Source: Dehalococcoidia bacterium (GTDB lineage: Bacteria > Chloroflexota > Dehalococcoidia > Bin125). Taken from it: a stretch of 64,000 nt of DNA. Within the stretch, counting starts at the first letter, position 1. Each line of letters opens with the position of its first letter. Shown in pieces: positions 36,526-49,854 of the stretch. The translations under genes and the position numbers were made by a program. The DNA is taken from positions 1,692,855-1,756,854 of the forward strand of contig OZ252031.1 in assembly GCA_965247775.1 (NCBI GenBank). The letters run 5' to 3'. The notes below the pieces were generated by a model. The model saw only the letters and a program-made list of their open reading frames with translations, made no database searches and was not told where the DNA came from.

Positions 36526-37128
36526 GTGACGACACTCTTCAGTGAGGACCATGAGGACCGGGTGGACAGCCCGGACCGGTTGCCGCCGGGTCAGCGGTTG
36601 ACCGAGCAGTGGCCGGTCCTGACCTACGGGAGCGCGCCGCAGGTGGAACGAGGCGAGTGGAGCCTGCAGGTCTGGGGCGAGGTGGAGGAGGACCTGGTCT
36701 GGGACTGGGAGCAGTTCCTGGCACTGGGCACGGAGGAGCGGACGAACGACATCCACTGCGTGACGCACTGGTCGCGCTACGACAACACCTGGGAGGGTGT
36801 GCTGCTCTCGACGATCCTGGCGCACGTGCGGCCGACGCCGGGCGCGCGGTCGGTCCTGTTCCATTCCTATGGGGGCTATACGACGAACGTGCTGCTGGAG
36901 GACATCGCGCGGGACGACCACGCGATGCTGGCCTTCTCGCACGACGGGGGGCCGATCGCGCGGGAGCACGGCGGCCCGGTGCGCGGGGTGATCCCCTCGT
37001 TGTATTTCTGGAAGAGCGCCAAGTGGGTGCGTGGAATGGAACTGCTGCCCCAGGACCGGCCGGGCTTCTGGGAGATGTATGGCTACCACCTGCACGGGGA
37101 CCCCTGGCAGGAAGAGCGCTACTCCTAG
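36526..37128 (+). CDS. molybdopterin-dependent oxidoreductase (sulfite oxidase/MsrP-like Mo-binding domain)
   Basis: HCVTHWS ... DGGPI ... GGPVRGVIPSLYFWKSAKWV motifs. GTG start 7 nt after ggaggag. Confidence 0.7.
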   Translation: MTTLFSEDHEDRVDSPDRLPPGQRLTEQWPVLTYGSAPQVERGEWSLQVWGEVEEDLVWDWEQFLALGTEERTNDIHCVTHWSRYDNTWEGVLLSTILAHVRPTPGARSVLFHSYGGYTTNVLLEDIARDDHAMLAFSHDGGPIAREHGGPVRGVIPSLYFWKSAKWVRGMELLPQDRPGFWEMYGYHLHGDPWQEERYS

Positions 37129-37227
37129 GGCCCCGATTGCGGTGGCCGCGCGGGCAGGAGACGCAGGCCGTGAAATGGGAGAGCCTGGGGGCGGACGGCT
37201 GAGGGCGCTGGGGAGCGGGGAGTGGCG

Positions 37228-38367
37228 ATGACGACATCGACGCCGATAGAAGTCGATGATCCGATCAACCGAGCGATCTTGGCGGAGTCCGAGGATCGGC
37301 TACAGGGTTTCCAGCGCGACCCGCTGGGCGAGATCGCGCGACGCAGCGGGCTGGAGCTGGGGCTGGTGGTGGAGCGGATCCGGGCGATGCTGGAGGCGGG
37401 GACGATCCGGCGGGTGCGGCAGACGCTGCTGCCAACGAATCTGGCGGCGGGGGCGCTGGTGGCCTGGCAAGTGCCGGAGTCCCGGTTGCAGGAGGCCTTC
37501 GACTGGATGTTCGAGCGGGACCCGTTCTCGGGACATGTGGTGATCCGCAGCACGGATGCGGCCGCGCCGGGGGCGCGCTACCGGCTGTGGACGACGCTGA
37601 AGGTGCCGCAGGGCTTTGCCTTGCAGCGACACGCGGAGCATCTCCGCGCGCGCACGGGGGCGGAGCGTTTCCGGCTGATGCCGGCGAAGTGCCTGTTCTC
37701 GTTGGGGGTGGGGCACGTGCGGCGGCGGGGGCTGCACCCGGGGGCGCGCAGCGACGGGGCGGGGCAGGCGCTGGAGACCGGCGTCGTGGCGCTGGACGCG
37801 GTGGAGTGGCGGGTGGTGGAGGCGCTGAAGCGCGAGTTCAGGCCGGAGGAACTCGGTGGCGAGATCTGGGCGGGGCGGGCGGGGGAGGCGGGGGTGGATC
37901 TGGCGTCGTTCTGCCGCGTTGCGTCGTCGCTGGAGGCGCGCAAGCTGGTGGGGCGCTTCTCGACGTTCCTGGAGCACGTGAAGCCGGTGGGGGGGGCGGC
38001 GCCCGTGACGCGCTACAACGCGCTCTTCCACTGGGCGGTCCCGAGGGGGCGGGAGATGGCGGCGGGGCGCGAGGTGGGACGACACGAGATTATGACCCAC
38101 GCCTACTGGCGGGAGGGCGGGCCGGAGTTCCACGACGTGAACATCATGGGCGTGGCGCACGGGCGGGATCGGGAGCTGCTGCTGGCGCACAAGGCGGCGA
38201 TCGACGCGCACTTGGAGGAGGCGGGGATCCCGCTGGGGTACACGGCGGTGTTCTGGGGGGGGCGGAGCGAGATCAAGCCGTCGGAGGTGGCGCCGTCGGC
38301 GTACGCGGCGTGGTGCGAGCGGGAGGGGCTGGATCCGGAGCGGATGCGCGCCACGGCGAACGCCTGA
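37228..38367 (+). CDS. tandem Lrp/AsnC-like domain protein (siroheme decarboxylase NirDL/AhbAB-like)
   Basis: Two AsnC-type HTH plus RAM-like halves. ATG follows ggggag. Confidence 0.45.
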   Translation: MTTSTPIEVDDPINRAILAESEDRLQGFQRDPLGEIARRSGLELGLVVERIRAMLEAGTIRRVRQTLLPTNLAAGALVAWQVPESRLQEAFDWMFERDPFSGHVVIRSTDAAAPGARYRLWTTLKVPQGFALQRHAEHLRARTGAERFRLMPAKCLFSLGVGHVRRRGLHPGARSDGAGQALETGVVALDAVEWRVVEALKREFRPEELGGEIWAGRAGEAGVDLASFCRVASSLEARKLVGRFSTFLEHVKPVGGAAPVTRYNALFHWAVPRGREMAAGREVGRHEIMTHAYWREGGPEFHDVNIMGVAHGRDRELLLAHKAAIDAHLEEAGIPLGYTAVFWGGRSEIKPSEVAPSAYAAWCEREGLDPERMRATANA

Positions 38368-39025
38368 GCGGTGGGGCCCCATCCGGCGACCGCCAGCGGA
38401 AGCAGGTCTTGGCCGCGGCGATGCACCGCTAGCGGAAGCTGGTGGGGACGGGGCCGCACAGCGAGCGGCATCCGAGGCGGGCGGAGGCGCGATCGGCGCT
38501 GGGGCTGATTCTGGATGGGGAGGCGATGCCGGTGCAGGCGGGGGCGCACCTCCTGGGGGGCGGGCGCAGGGGGAGCCGTCGGAGGAGGTGCTGGGAGCTG
38601 GTGGACGCGTTGCAGGCGCGAATGCGGTGGATCAGGCCGGCGGTGAGGGGGTGGTGGACGTGGGGGCGCCCTCCGACGGGCGCCGGTGAACGCGGGCGCT
38701 TGGGGTGGCGGCGATCGTGGCGTCGGGGAGCGGCTGGCGTTGCCGCGGGCGGAAGCTGAGGGGTCCGGGGAAGGGGGGCGGGGGGGTAGGGTTGAGCGGG
38801 GGGATTCTGGGCGACTCCCGCATGGCCCGGGGGAGGGCCGGGGGCGCAGGATGCGGGCATGACACGGGGCGTGCTCGTGGCCTGGCCGCTGATCCCCCGG
38901 GTGGTGGCGCTGCGACCGGCGGCGCTGGCCGTCGAATGTGGTGGCGCGGCGGGCGCCGGCGGGGGGATGGCGGCCGCCGGGCCGGGCGGGGGAGCCGCCG
39001 CGAGTGGCCTGAGGGGGCGCCGGCG

Positions 39026-39054
39026 TTGACACGAGGCGACGCGGTGCGTAAGCT
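39026..39054 (+). promoter_or_regulatory. candidate rRNA promoter: -35 TTGACA, 17-bp spacer, -10 TAAGCT
   Basis: Perfect TTGACA in a 75% GC context, about 245 nt upstream of the 23S 5' end. Confidence 0.5.
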
Positions 39055-39296
39055 TCCCGGGTTGCCCCTCCCTCCGGTGGCCCGGTTTCGCGGTGTCCCC
39101 GGCCGGAGTGGGCCACCTTAGCAACTGAATAGTTTGCACGAGCGACCAACACTGCCGTCCGACACGGGTTGGACGGCAAGGTCACAACGGTGTCGCGCCC
39201 GGGCTCTGCGTGCGATGGATTCATCGCGCGCGGGCGGTGGGTACGACTCCGGTCCTGACCATCTGAAGACACCACACATGCCGAGACCGTAAAGCA

Positions 39297-42282
<2,986 letters not shown>

Positions 42283-42354
42283 TGCTTTGCGGTTTCCGCA
42301 GTGTGGGGTTGATGATGGTCAGGCTGGTCGCTCGTGTAGGCTGTTCGGTGCCGG

Positions 42355-42429
<75 letters not shown>

Positions 42430-42517
42430 AGCAGCTGCACAGGGCCGGTCCTGCGGGACCGGCCCTGTTTGCGTCCCCGCGGCGGCGCATCCGGGGCCCT
42501 GCGTAGGGAAGCGGGCG

Positions 42518-43150
42518 TCAGATCTCGCGGGCGAGGTCGGCGTCCAGGCCGGCGAAGACGAGGGTATCGCCGGCCTGGATGATTTGCGAGCGGACGGGGT
42601 TGAGCTGGACTTGGTTGTCGCGGACGACCATGAGGAGGCGGCGGGTGCGGCCCTCGCTGTCGAGGGCGTCGAGGGGCTGGCCGTGGAGGCGGTCGGGGGG
42701 GGCGTAGACGCCGATGCCGTAGTCGCGGGTGAGGGTGAGGTAGTCCTGGGCGGTGCGGACTTGGAGGAGGTGGGCGACGCGCTCGCCGCCGTCGCGCTCG
42801 GGCTGGACGACGCGGTGGGCGCCGATGCGTTGCAGGATGGTGGCGTGGCCTTCGCTGCTGGCTTTGGCGATGACCGTGGGGACGCCGAGGGAGAGCAGGT
42901 TCATGGTGGCGAGGACGCTGGCTTCGAGTTGGCCGGTGGCGACGACGCCGACGTCCATGCCGGCGAGGCCGAGGTCGCGGAGGCCGTCGGCGTCGGTGAT
43001 GTCGACGATGGCGGCGCGGGAGACGTGGTCGGCCAGGGCCTGGACCTCCCCCTCGCCGCGGTCGCAGGCGAGGACGTCGTGGCCTTGGTCGGTGAGGGTG
43101 CGGGCGAGCTGGGCGCCGAAGCGGCCCAATCCGAGGACGGCGACCTGCAT
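42518..43150 (-). CDS. ktrA: K+ uptake system NAD-binding regulatory subunit (TrkA/KtrA)
   Basis: Rossmann VAVLGLGRFG plus TrkA_C domain. Confidence 0.85.
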   Translation of the reverse strand: MQVAVLGLGRFGAQLARTLTDQGHDVLACDRGEGEVQALADHVSRAAIVDITDADGLRDLGLAGMDVGVVATGQLEASVLATMNLLSLGVPTVIAKASSEGHATILQRIGAHRVVQPERDGGERVAHLLQVRTAQDYLTLTRDYGIGVYAPPDRLHGQPLDALDSEGRTRRLLMVVRDNQVQLNPVRSQIIQAGDTLVFAGLDADLAREI

Positions 43151-43174
43151 GGGTGGCTCCTTTCGGCGGTGGCG

Positions 43175-44581
43175 TCAGCCGATGCGTACGCCTTCAGCGG
43201 GGTAGCGGTAGCGGGCCTGGGGGCGTTCGGGCACGGTGAGGGCGACCATCAGGGCGCCGAGGCGGCCGATGAACATGAGGGCGACGAGGACGAGGGCGCC
43301 GGCGGTGGTGAGATCGCGGGTGAGGCCCTGGGACCAGCCGACGTTGGCGAGGGCGGAGGTGGCTTCGAAGACGAGCGGGAGGAAGGGGGCGTCGTCGGTG
43401 ATTTCGAGGGCCCAGACGCCGGCGGCGAGGAGGACGGTGGCGAGGACGACGACGGTGATGGCGCGCAGGACGATGGCGGTGGGGAGTTCGCGGCCGAAGA
43501 TTTCGGCGCGGTGGCGGCCGCGGAGACTGGACCAGACGACGGCCAGGCTGACCATGAAGGCGCCCATCTTGATGCCGCCGGCGACGGAGGTGGAGGCGCC
43601 GCCGATGAACATGAGCGCGAGGAGGATGGCGGTGGTGAGGTCCTGGAGGGCGGCCATGTCGATCGTGGCCATGCCGGTGGTGCGGTTGACGGAGAGGAAG
43701 AAGCTGTTGGCGAGGGCGTCGCCGGCGCCCTGCCCGTCCAGGGGGCGGCCGCTCTGCACTTCGCCGATGAGGAAGACGAGCATGCCGAGGAGGAGGAGGC
43801 CGCCCATCCCGAGGAGGACGATGCGGGTGTCCAGGGACCAGCGCCGTGGGCGGCGGGGGAGGTCGAAGACGGTGACGAAGGAGAGGCTGCCGAGGAAAGC
43901 CGCGAGTCCCATGATCAGGAGGGGGTAGGGGCTGGCGATCTGGCCGCTGAAGCTCTGGAAGCCGCCCATGAGATCGAAGCCGGCGTTGTTGGCGGCGGAG
44001 ACGGCGTGGAAGAGGGCGCGCCAGACAGCGGCGCCGCCGGAGGCGGTGTCGAAGGCCCACGGGAGGAGGAGGAGGAAGGCGAGGATCTCGAGGGTGCCGA
44101 TGAAGATCATGACGCGGCGCAGGAGGCGGCCGATGTTCCAGTCGCCGGCGCCGGCGAGTTCCATGCCGAAGAGGGCGTTGCCGCGCAGGCCGAGGCGGCG
44201 GCCGATGACGAGGAGGAGGGCGCCGGTGTACATGGTGACGCCGAGGCCGCCGAGCTGGATGAGGGCGAGGATGACGGCTTCGCCGAAGCCGCTCCAGTAG
44301 GTGGCGGTGTCGAGGCGGACGAGGCCGGTGACGCAGACGGCGGAGGTGGCCGTGAAGAGGGCGTCCCAGCCGTTGGTCCACTCCCGGGATTGGGAGGCGA
44401 GGGGGAGGGAGAGGAGGAGGGCGCCGAGGGCGATCGTGGCGGCGAAGGCGCCGACGAGGTACCAGGGGGAGGGGCGGAAGCGGAAGAGCCGGCGGCGGGG
44501 ACGGAGAGCGACGACTTCCGGTCGCAGGCGACGACGGCGCAGAACGACGTTGCCGGGGCGGCGCGGGTGGCGGATGGTCAC
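43175..44581 (-). CDS. ktrB: TrkH/KtrB-family K+ transporter
   Basis: Polytopic, with the TrkH selectivity-loop glycine motifs. Confidence 0.85.
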   Translation of the reverse strand: MTIRHPRRPGNVVLRRRRLRPEVVALRPRRRLFRFRPSPWYLVGAFAATIALGALLLSLPLASQSREWTNGWDALFTATSAVCVTGLVRLDTATYWSGFGEAVILALIQLGGLGVTMYTGALLLVIGRRLGLRGNALFGMELAGAGDWNIGRLLRRVMIFIGTLEILAFLLLLPWAFDTASGGAAVWRALFHAVSAANNAGFDLMGGFQSFSGQIASPYPLLIMGLAAFLGSLSFVTVFDLPRRPRRWSLDTRIVLLGMGGLLLLGMLVFLIGEVQSGRPLDGQGAGDALANSFFLSVNRTTGMATIDMAALQDLTTAILLALMFIGGASTSVAGGIKMGAFMVSLAVVWSSLRGRHRAEIFGRELPTAIVLRAITVVVLATVLLAAGVWALEITDDAPFLPLVFEATSALANVGWSQGLTRDLTTAGALVLVALMFIGRLGALMVALTVPERPQARYRYPAEGVRIG

Positions 44582-44757
44582 GCCGCTTGCCGCCGGAATC
44601 GCGTGGGCCTTGGGTGAGGGTTGGGGCGAGGGCTTGGCTGCCGCATGTCTCCCCGTCCGCTCCGCGCCGACCCCGGCTGATCGTACGATGAAGGGCGGGT
44701 GGGGGATAGCGGAGGGGAGTAGCCGGGGTGGGGCGGGGCTGCGACAATCGCTTGCGG

Positions 44758-44830
44758 GGCCCCATCGTCTAGAGGCCTAGGACGCCAGCCTTTCAAGCTG
44801 GTAGCACGGGTTCGAATCCCGTTGGGGCCA
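44758..44830 (+). tRNA. tRNA-Glu (anticodon TTC), no encoded CCA
   Basis: ggccccatcgtctagaggcctaggac ... cTTTCaa ... ggttcgaatcccgttggggcca. Confidence 0.85.
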
Positions 44831-44960
44831 CACTCCTCTCGGCCGACGCCGCAGTGGCCGGGTCATGTGACCCATGCGCACGCGTGATGCTGGGTGGCAG
44901 CGTTCACCAGCGCGATGCGGGGACGCGAATCGATGAACGCGCACCAGGGCCGGCGCGATC

Positions 44961-45030
44961 CGTGCGCAGTTGGGATCGCTGCAGTTGGGATCACTGCAGC
45001 TGGGATCACTGCAGCTGGCATCACTGGGAT
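44961..45030. repeat. 15-bp tandem repeat (tgcagctgggatcac), about 4.5 copies
   Basis: Seen in the sequence. Intergenic, downstream of tRNA-Glu. Confidence 0.8.
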
Positions 45031-45181
45031 CCTGCCCGGAGTCGTACGGCATCGGCCCCAGATCCCGTTGGGCCAGCACTCCCGGCGGCGTGGACGGGAG
45101 GGTGCGGGGCAGGCCGGACGGTCGCGCCTCGCGCCACGCGGGGCGGTGGCGCCACAGACGGCCCCCAGCGGTTCGGGCCGC

Positions 45182-46056
45182 CTAGCGCCCGACGGGCAGT
45201 CGCCAGCGGGCGTCGGTGACGTCCCCGAGGCTGCGGATGTGAATGATGAACTCCACCCGGCCGGACTCGACAAGATCCGCGAGCCCGATCGGGGAGGTGC
45301 GGCCGGCGTCGGGGTCCGCGGCAGAGCCCGCCGCGGGCGGGGATTGGGGCAGGCGTGGCGGGCGAATCCAGGCCATGGCCTCCAGTTGCTTCACCTCGCC
45401 GGGCCCGACCTCGCGACTGTATGGCGCGGCCACGTAGGGATTCGGGAGTGCGAAGCCGAGCCCAATCGCCGCGACCACTCCATCGACCTCCGCCGTGATC
45501 GCGTGCGGGTCCGGCGTAACGGCGAGTGTCTCTGCGCTGTCGAGGTTCGCGACCCGGAATTGGCACCAGCGCGCGTTGTGGCAGGCCTGCAGTTGTACCG
45601 CGATCGGGCCTTGCCGCCACCACTCCCCGATCTCTAGGACCGTGCCGGGCGGCGTGGCCTCCAGTCGCGTCGCGAGGCGAGCGCCCGCGTCGCTGGTCTC
45701 TGAGCCAGTCCCGGCCTCGGAGCCCCGATCAGCGACGGCCGCACTGGCCAACTCCTCCTGGAGGGAGGCGATCGCCGCCCGGAGCGTGGCGACTTCTCCC
45801 TCCAACGCCGCGATCTGTGTGCGGAGACCCGCTCGGTCGGCGAGGCTCCCACTCTCCGGGCGAGTATCGAACTCCGCTTCAGCGGCGGCGCGGCGCTGCA
45901 CCCGATCCGGCGCCGCGTCGGGGGCCGCGCGCAGGGACTGGCTCTCCTCGATGGGCACCGTGATCGCAACGGGATCGCCTTCTGATCCAGCGTCACTTCC
46001 GCATGCGACGAGCAGGAGTCCGAGGCCGAGAGCGCCCAGGCCGGGCCAGCGTCGCA
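45182..46056 (-). CDS. hypothetical lipoprotein with coiled-coil segment
   Basis: GTG start 4 nt after gggagg. Lipobox LLLVAC. Only the C-terminal 291 aa of the 565-aa track ORF is protein-like. Confidence 0.5.
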
Positions 46057-46251
46057 CGGCGCCTCCCGTCACACGGGAGCTTAGGCGAGCCGGGCAGTGT
46101 TCGGGGCGTTGTGATGACGGTGTCGGGGCGCCTCCAGACCGGGAACGTGTAGCCTGATCCGGCGTCGGCGTACGGTCTGAGTCGGCCGCGAATCCCGCTG
46201 GGGCCGCCAATCCGTGCGCTGCGGCCGGGGGGGAAGGGGAGGTGACGACCG

Positions 46252-46698
46252 ATGACGCTCGAGCGGCGCAGGCCGGTGGTCGTGCGGCCGGAGGATCGGG
46301 CGGGGCAGCCGACGGCGGCAGGCGGGGACATCTACGCGACGCTGGCAACCGGCTCGGAGACGGATGGGGCCTACTTCCTGACGCACACGATCGTGCCGCC
46401 GGGCGGGGGGCCGCCGGCGCACATCCACACGCGGGAGGAGGAGGCGTTCTACGTGCTGCGGGGCGAGTTGGTCTTTCGGGTGGACGCACAGGAGGTGACG
46501 GTGGGGCCGGGCACGTTCTTGAACGTGCCCAAGGGGGCCAAGCACCGGTTCCACAACGCGGGGGAGGTCGACGCTGAGATGATCTTCTGGTTCGCGCCGG
46601 CGGGGATCGAGGGGCTGTTCCGTGAGCTGGGGGAGCACCCGGAGCGGATCCGGGAGATCGGGGCGCGCTACGGGGTGGAGTACTTCCTGGAGGAGTAG
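46252..46698 (+). CDS. cupin-domain protein
   Basis: Cupin motifs HIHTREEE and GAKHRF. ATG follows ggaaggggagg. Confidence 0.75.
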   Translation: MTLERRRPVVVRPEDRAGQPTAAGGDIYATLATGSETDGAYFLTHTIVPPGGGPPAHIHTREEEAFYVLRGELVFRVDAQEVTVGPGTFLNVPKGAKHRFHNAGEVDAEMIFWFAPAGIEGLFRELGEHPERIREIGARYGVEYFLEE

Positions 46699-46923
46699 GG
46701 AGCGGGCGGCCGGTGTTCGCCGCCCCGACCTGCCAAGCGTGGGCGCGGATCCGGTAGGGGCGCCCGGACGCCGAACGGCAGGGCCGGAGGTGGGGCGGGA
46801 GAAGAACGCCCGCCGGGCGGCGCCGCGCGGCAGCGCCCGCCGGGCACGATCGTGGCCCAGCGACGAGCACGGTGCCCACGCCCCAGCCCGCGCCGGGGTG
46901 TGGGCGCGGGCGGCGGGGGGGGG

Positions 46924-47778
46924 TCAGGCGCGATCGCGCGCGGCGGCGATGGCGCGGCCGGCCATGACCGCGGCCATGGCGCGGCGGTACTGGGCGGAGG
47001 CGTGGATGTCGGTGTTGACATCGTCGAAGCCGTCGGCGGCGTGGGCGGCGGCGGCCTCGACGACGTCAGCGGATAGGGTCCGTCCCACGAGGGCGTCCTC
47101 GACGGCGGGGAGGCGCTGGGCGTGGGAGGCGAGACCAGTGATGCCGAGGCGGGCGCCGCGGCAGATGTCGCCGTCGAGGTCGAGGACGGCGGCGACGCCG
47201 ATAATGGCGTAGTGGGAGGCGCGCTGGTGGAGCTTGGCGTAAGCGGCGGTCTGCACGGCGGCGAAGCGGACGGCGGTGATCACCTCGTCCTCGGCGAGGT
47301 CGACCGTGAAGAGATCCTGGAAGAACCCGCCGATGGGCACGGTGCGGGGGCCGGCGGCGCCGACGACATCGAGTTCGGCATCGAGGGCGAGGACGACAGC
47401 GGGCATGTCGGCGGCGGGGTCGGCGTGGGCGAGGCTGCCGCCGATGGTGCCGAGATTGCGGACCTGGGGGTCGCCGATTTCAGCGGCGGCCTCGGCGACG
47501 ATGGGGGCGTGCAGCTGGAGGACGTCGGATCGCTCCACCTCCCGATGGGTGGTGGTGGCGCCGATGGTGATCCGGCCGGCGGCCTCGCTGATGCCGCCGA
47601 GGCCGGGCACGCCGCCGATGTCGATGAGGAGGCCGGGCTCGCTGAGGCGCAGCTTCATGAGGGGGATGAGGCTGTGGCCGCCGGCGAGGAGGCGGCCCTC
47701 GCCGCCGGCCTCACCGAGGAGGCGGACGGCCTCCTCGACGGTGGCGGCGCGCTTGTAGTCGAAGGCGGTGGGGATCAT
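46924..47778 (-). CDS. xanthine dehydrogenase/CO dehydrogenase family FAD-binding medium subunit (CoxM/CutM-like)
   Basis: FAD_binding_5 motifs LLAGGHSL and [12 protein letters not shown]. Confidence 0.85.
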   Translation of the reverse strand: MIPTAFDYKRAATVEEAVRLLGEAGGEGRLLAGGHSLIPLMKLRLSEPGLLIDIGGVPGLGGISEAAGRITIGATTTHREVERSDVLQLHAPIVAEAAAEIGDPQVRNLGTIGGSLAHADPAADMPAVVLALDAELDVVGAAGPRTVPIGGFFQDLFTVDLAEDEVITAVRFAAVQTAAYAKLHQRASHYAIIGVAAVLDLDGDICRGARLGITGLASHAQRLPAVEDALVGRTLSADVVEAAAAHAADGFDDVNTDIHASAQYRRAMAAVMAGRAIAAARDRA

Positions 47779-47860
47779 GACTGGGCTCCGTGGGTGCTGT
47801 GGGGATCCTGGCGGCGTTCGCGGCGCCGGCCGCCGAGGCGGGCGGGGGCGGCTGGGGCGA

Positions 47861-48340
47861 TCACGCGCGGGGTCCGGCCGTGGCGGCGCGCTGGACGGCG
47901 TTGACGATGTGCTGGTAGCCGGTGCAGCGGCAGAGGTTGCCGTCGAGGCCGTGGCGGATCTCGTCCTCGGACGCGTTGGGGTTGTCGTCGAGGATCTGGA
48001 TGGCGGAGATGATCATGCCGGGGGTGCAGTAGCCGCACTGCAGGCCGTGCTCCTGCCAGAAGGCCTCCTGCATGGGGTGGAGCTGTTCGTCGCTGCCGAT
48101 GCCTTCGATGGTGGTGATCTCGGCGCCGTCGGCTTGGACGGCGAACATGGTGCATGATTTGGCGCTGCGGCCGTTGAGCATGATGGTGCAGGCGCCGCAC
48201 TGGCTGGTATCGCAGCCGACGTGGGTGCCGGTGAGGCCCAGGACTTCGCGCAGGAAATGGACGAAGAGGAGCCGCGGCTCCACTGCCGCTTCATGGACGG
48301 CGCCGTTGACGGTGAGGCGAATGGGGATGCTGTCCGGCAT
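47861..48340 (-). CDS. xanthine dehydrogenase/CO dehydrogenase family (2Fe-2S)-binding small subunit (CoxS-like)
   Basis: [10 protein letters not shown] and CGYCTPGM Cys clusters. Confidence 0.9.
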   Translation of the reverse strand: MPDSIPIRLTVNGAVHEAAVEPRLLFVHFLREVLGLTGTHVGCDTSQCGACTIMLNGRSAKSCTMFAVQADGAEITTIEGIGSDEQLHPMQEAFWQEHGLQCGYCTPGMIISAIQILDDNPNASEDEIRHGLDGNLCRCTGYQHIVNAVQRAATAGPRA

Positions 48341-48384
48341 GGGGGTCCTCTCGTGGCGGGGGGTGGGCGGTGGGGGATCGCGGG

Positions 48385-48828
48385 TCAGGTGCTCTCCTGA
48401 ATGTGCTGGTCCATGGCCTTGAAGAAACGGCCGGCCATCATTTTGGCTGCGCTGCTCACGAGGCGGCTGCCGAGGCGGGCGATGGGACCGCGGGCGCGGA
48501 CGTCGGCAACGTAGCGCAGGGCGGTGCCGTCGCCGTCGGGGGTGAGGGTGATTCGGGCGTCGCCCTCGACGCTGCCGCCCTTGCCACCGCCGCCAGCGTT
48601 GAGGCGGTAGCTGCTGGGGGCCTCGGGCTCGCGCATGGTGACGTTGCCGGCGTAGGTGCCGCGAATGGCGGAGATGCCGAGTTTGACGGTCATGTCGTAG
48701 GAGTCAGGGCCAACCTCGGAGAGCTCCTCACAGCCGGGGATGGTTTGGCGGAGCGCGTCGGGGTCCATGAGCTTGCGCCAGACGATGTCCGGCGGCGCAG
48801 CGAAGCGGTGCTCTCCGTGGAGTTCCAC
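48385..48828 (-). CDS. CoxG-like SRPBCC protein
   Basis: GTG start follows aaggagag. CoxG-family N-terminus [23 protein letters not shown]. Confidence 0.6.
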   Translation of the reverse strand: MELHGEHRFAAPPDIVWRKLMDPDALRQTIPGCEELSEVGPDSYDMTVKLGISAIRGTYAGNVTMREPEAPSSYRLNAGGGGKGGSVEGDARITLTPDGDGTALRYVADVRARGPIARLGSRLVSSAAKMMAGRFFKAMDQHIQEST

Positions 48829-49149
48829 CGGCTCTCCTTTGAGTGGGGTCCGGCCCCCGGGCGCGCCGGAGGGCGGGGCGGCGGGCAGGCTACCACAGGG
48901 GCCGGCCTCCAAGCAGCCGGGGCGCGGCGGGAATGCGGGGGAATTTCGGCTCCGACTGGGATTGCGCCCGAGAGGGGTGCGCCGGATGGCGGCATAGGGC
49001 CGGTAGGGAGTCGCTAGGCGTCCCGGGGGTCCTGCGGGTCGGCCGGGGGCTCGAGCGCGCGCCGGACCGTGGCGAGGGCTCCGGGCCCGGCGGGAGGGAG
49101 CAGTCCGTGGGGAGCGAGTCGGCCCAGCCGGCGCAGACGCCCGAGATCG

Positions 49150-49854
49150 ATGTTTGCCCGTACCGGGGTTTGCCCGTACCGGGGGCGAGAGCCAGAGGAC
49201 GAGCCGGGTGGGACGACGCCGCTGCGGGCGCCCGCGCAGGACGCGGCGGCCTCGGGGTCGTTCGAGCCGGCGGAGCCGCCGACGGAGCCGGAGATTCCGG
49301 AAGCGCCGCCCGCGGTGGCGCCGGAGGGGCCGGCGCCGGACTACGGCTGGGTGTCGTTCTGGCCGGAGCGGGTGGAATACACGGTGGCAGCGGGCGATAC
49401 GATCGGGAGCGTTGCGGCGCAGTTCGAGACGCACGCCTACGCGATCGTGTGTCTCAACCAGGGTCTCTGGTCCGAGGCGGCGCGTACGCTCACGATGATC
49501 GCCGGGACCCCGCTGGTCATACCGGTGGGCTACGAGGTCCCGGCCGACGCGGCGACGATCGCCGAGTTCGAGGCGACGGGGGCTTCCTGCTGCGTCGCTG
49601 CGGCTCGCGTCGCCGGGTCCATTCCTCCCCATGGCTCGGGCGACCGACGCTGCCCCGCGACGGGGCCTGTCCGTGCGTCGCGCGCCGCCGGGGCTGAGCG
49701 GGAGCTATCATGTCGTGGCTGCGGCCGCGAGGGCGCCGCGCGAGGGAGGAACAGGGATGGCCGTGGACTTCGACACGCTACCGAAATTCGCCGACTTGCC
49801 CGTAAAGGCCGGCGCGCCGGCGGACTCGACCTGGGGGCTGTGGGGGGACGATGA
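49150..49854 (+). CDS. LysM-domain protein with Pro/Glu-rich linker
   Basis: LysM YTVAAGDTIGSVAAQFETHAYAIVCLNQG. The 3' end in this frame overlaps the next gene by about 97 nt, so the true stop is uncertain. Confidence 0.45.
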   Translation: MFARTGVCPYRGREPEDEPGGTTPLRAPAQDAAASGSFEPAEPPTEPEIPEAPPAVAPEGPAPDYGWVSFWPERVEYTVAAGDTIGSVAAQFETHAYAIVCLNQGLWSEAARTLTMIAGTPLVIPVGYEVPADAATIAEFEATGASCCVAAARVAGSIPPHGSGDRRCPATGPVRASRAAGAERELSCRGCGREGAARGRNRDGRGLRHATEIRRLARKGRRAGGLDLGAVGGR

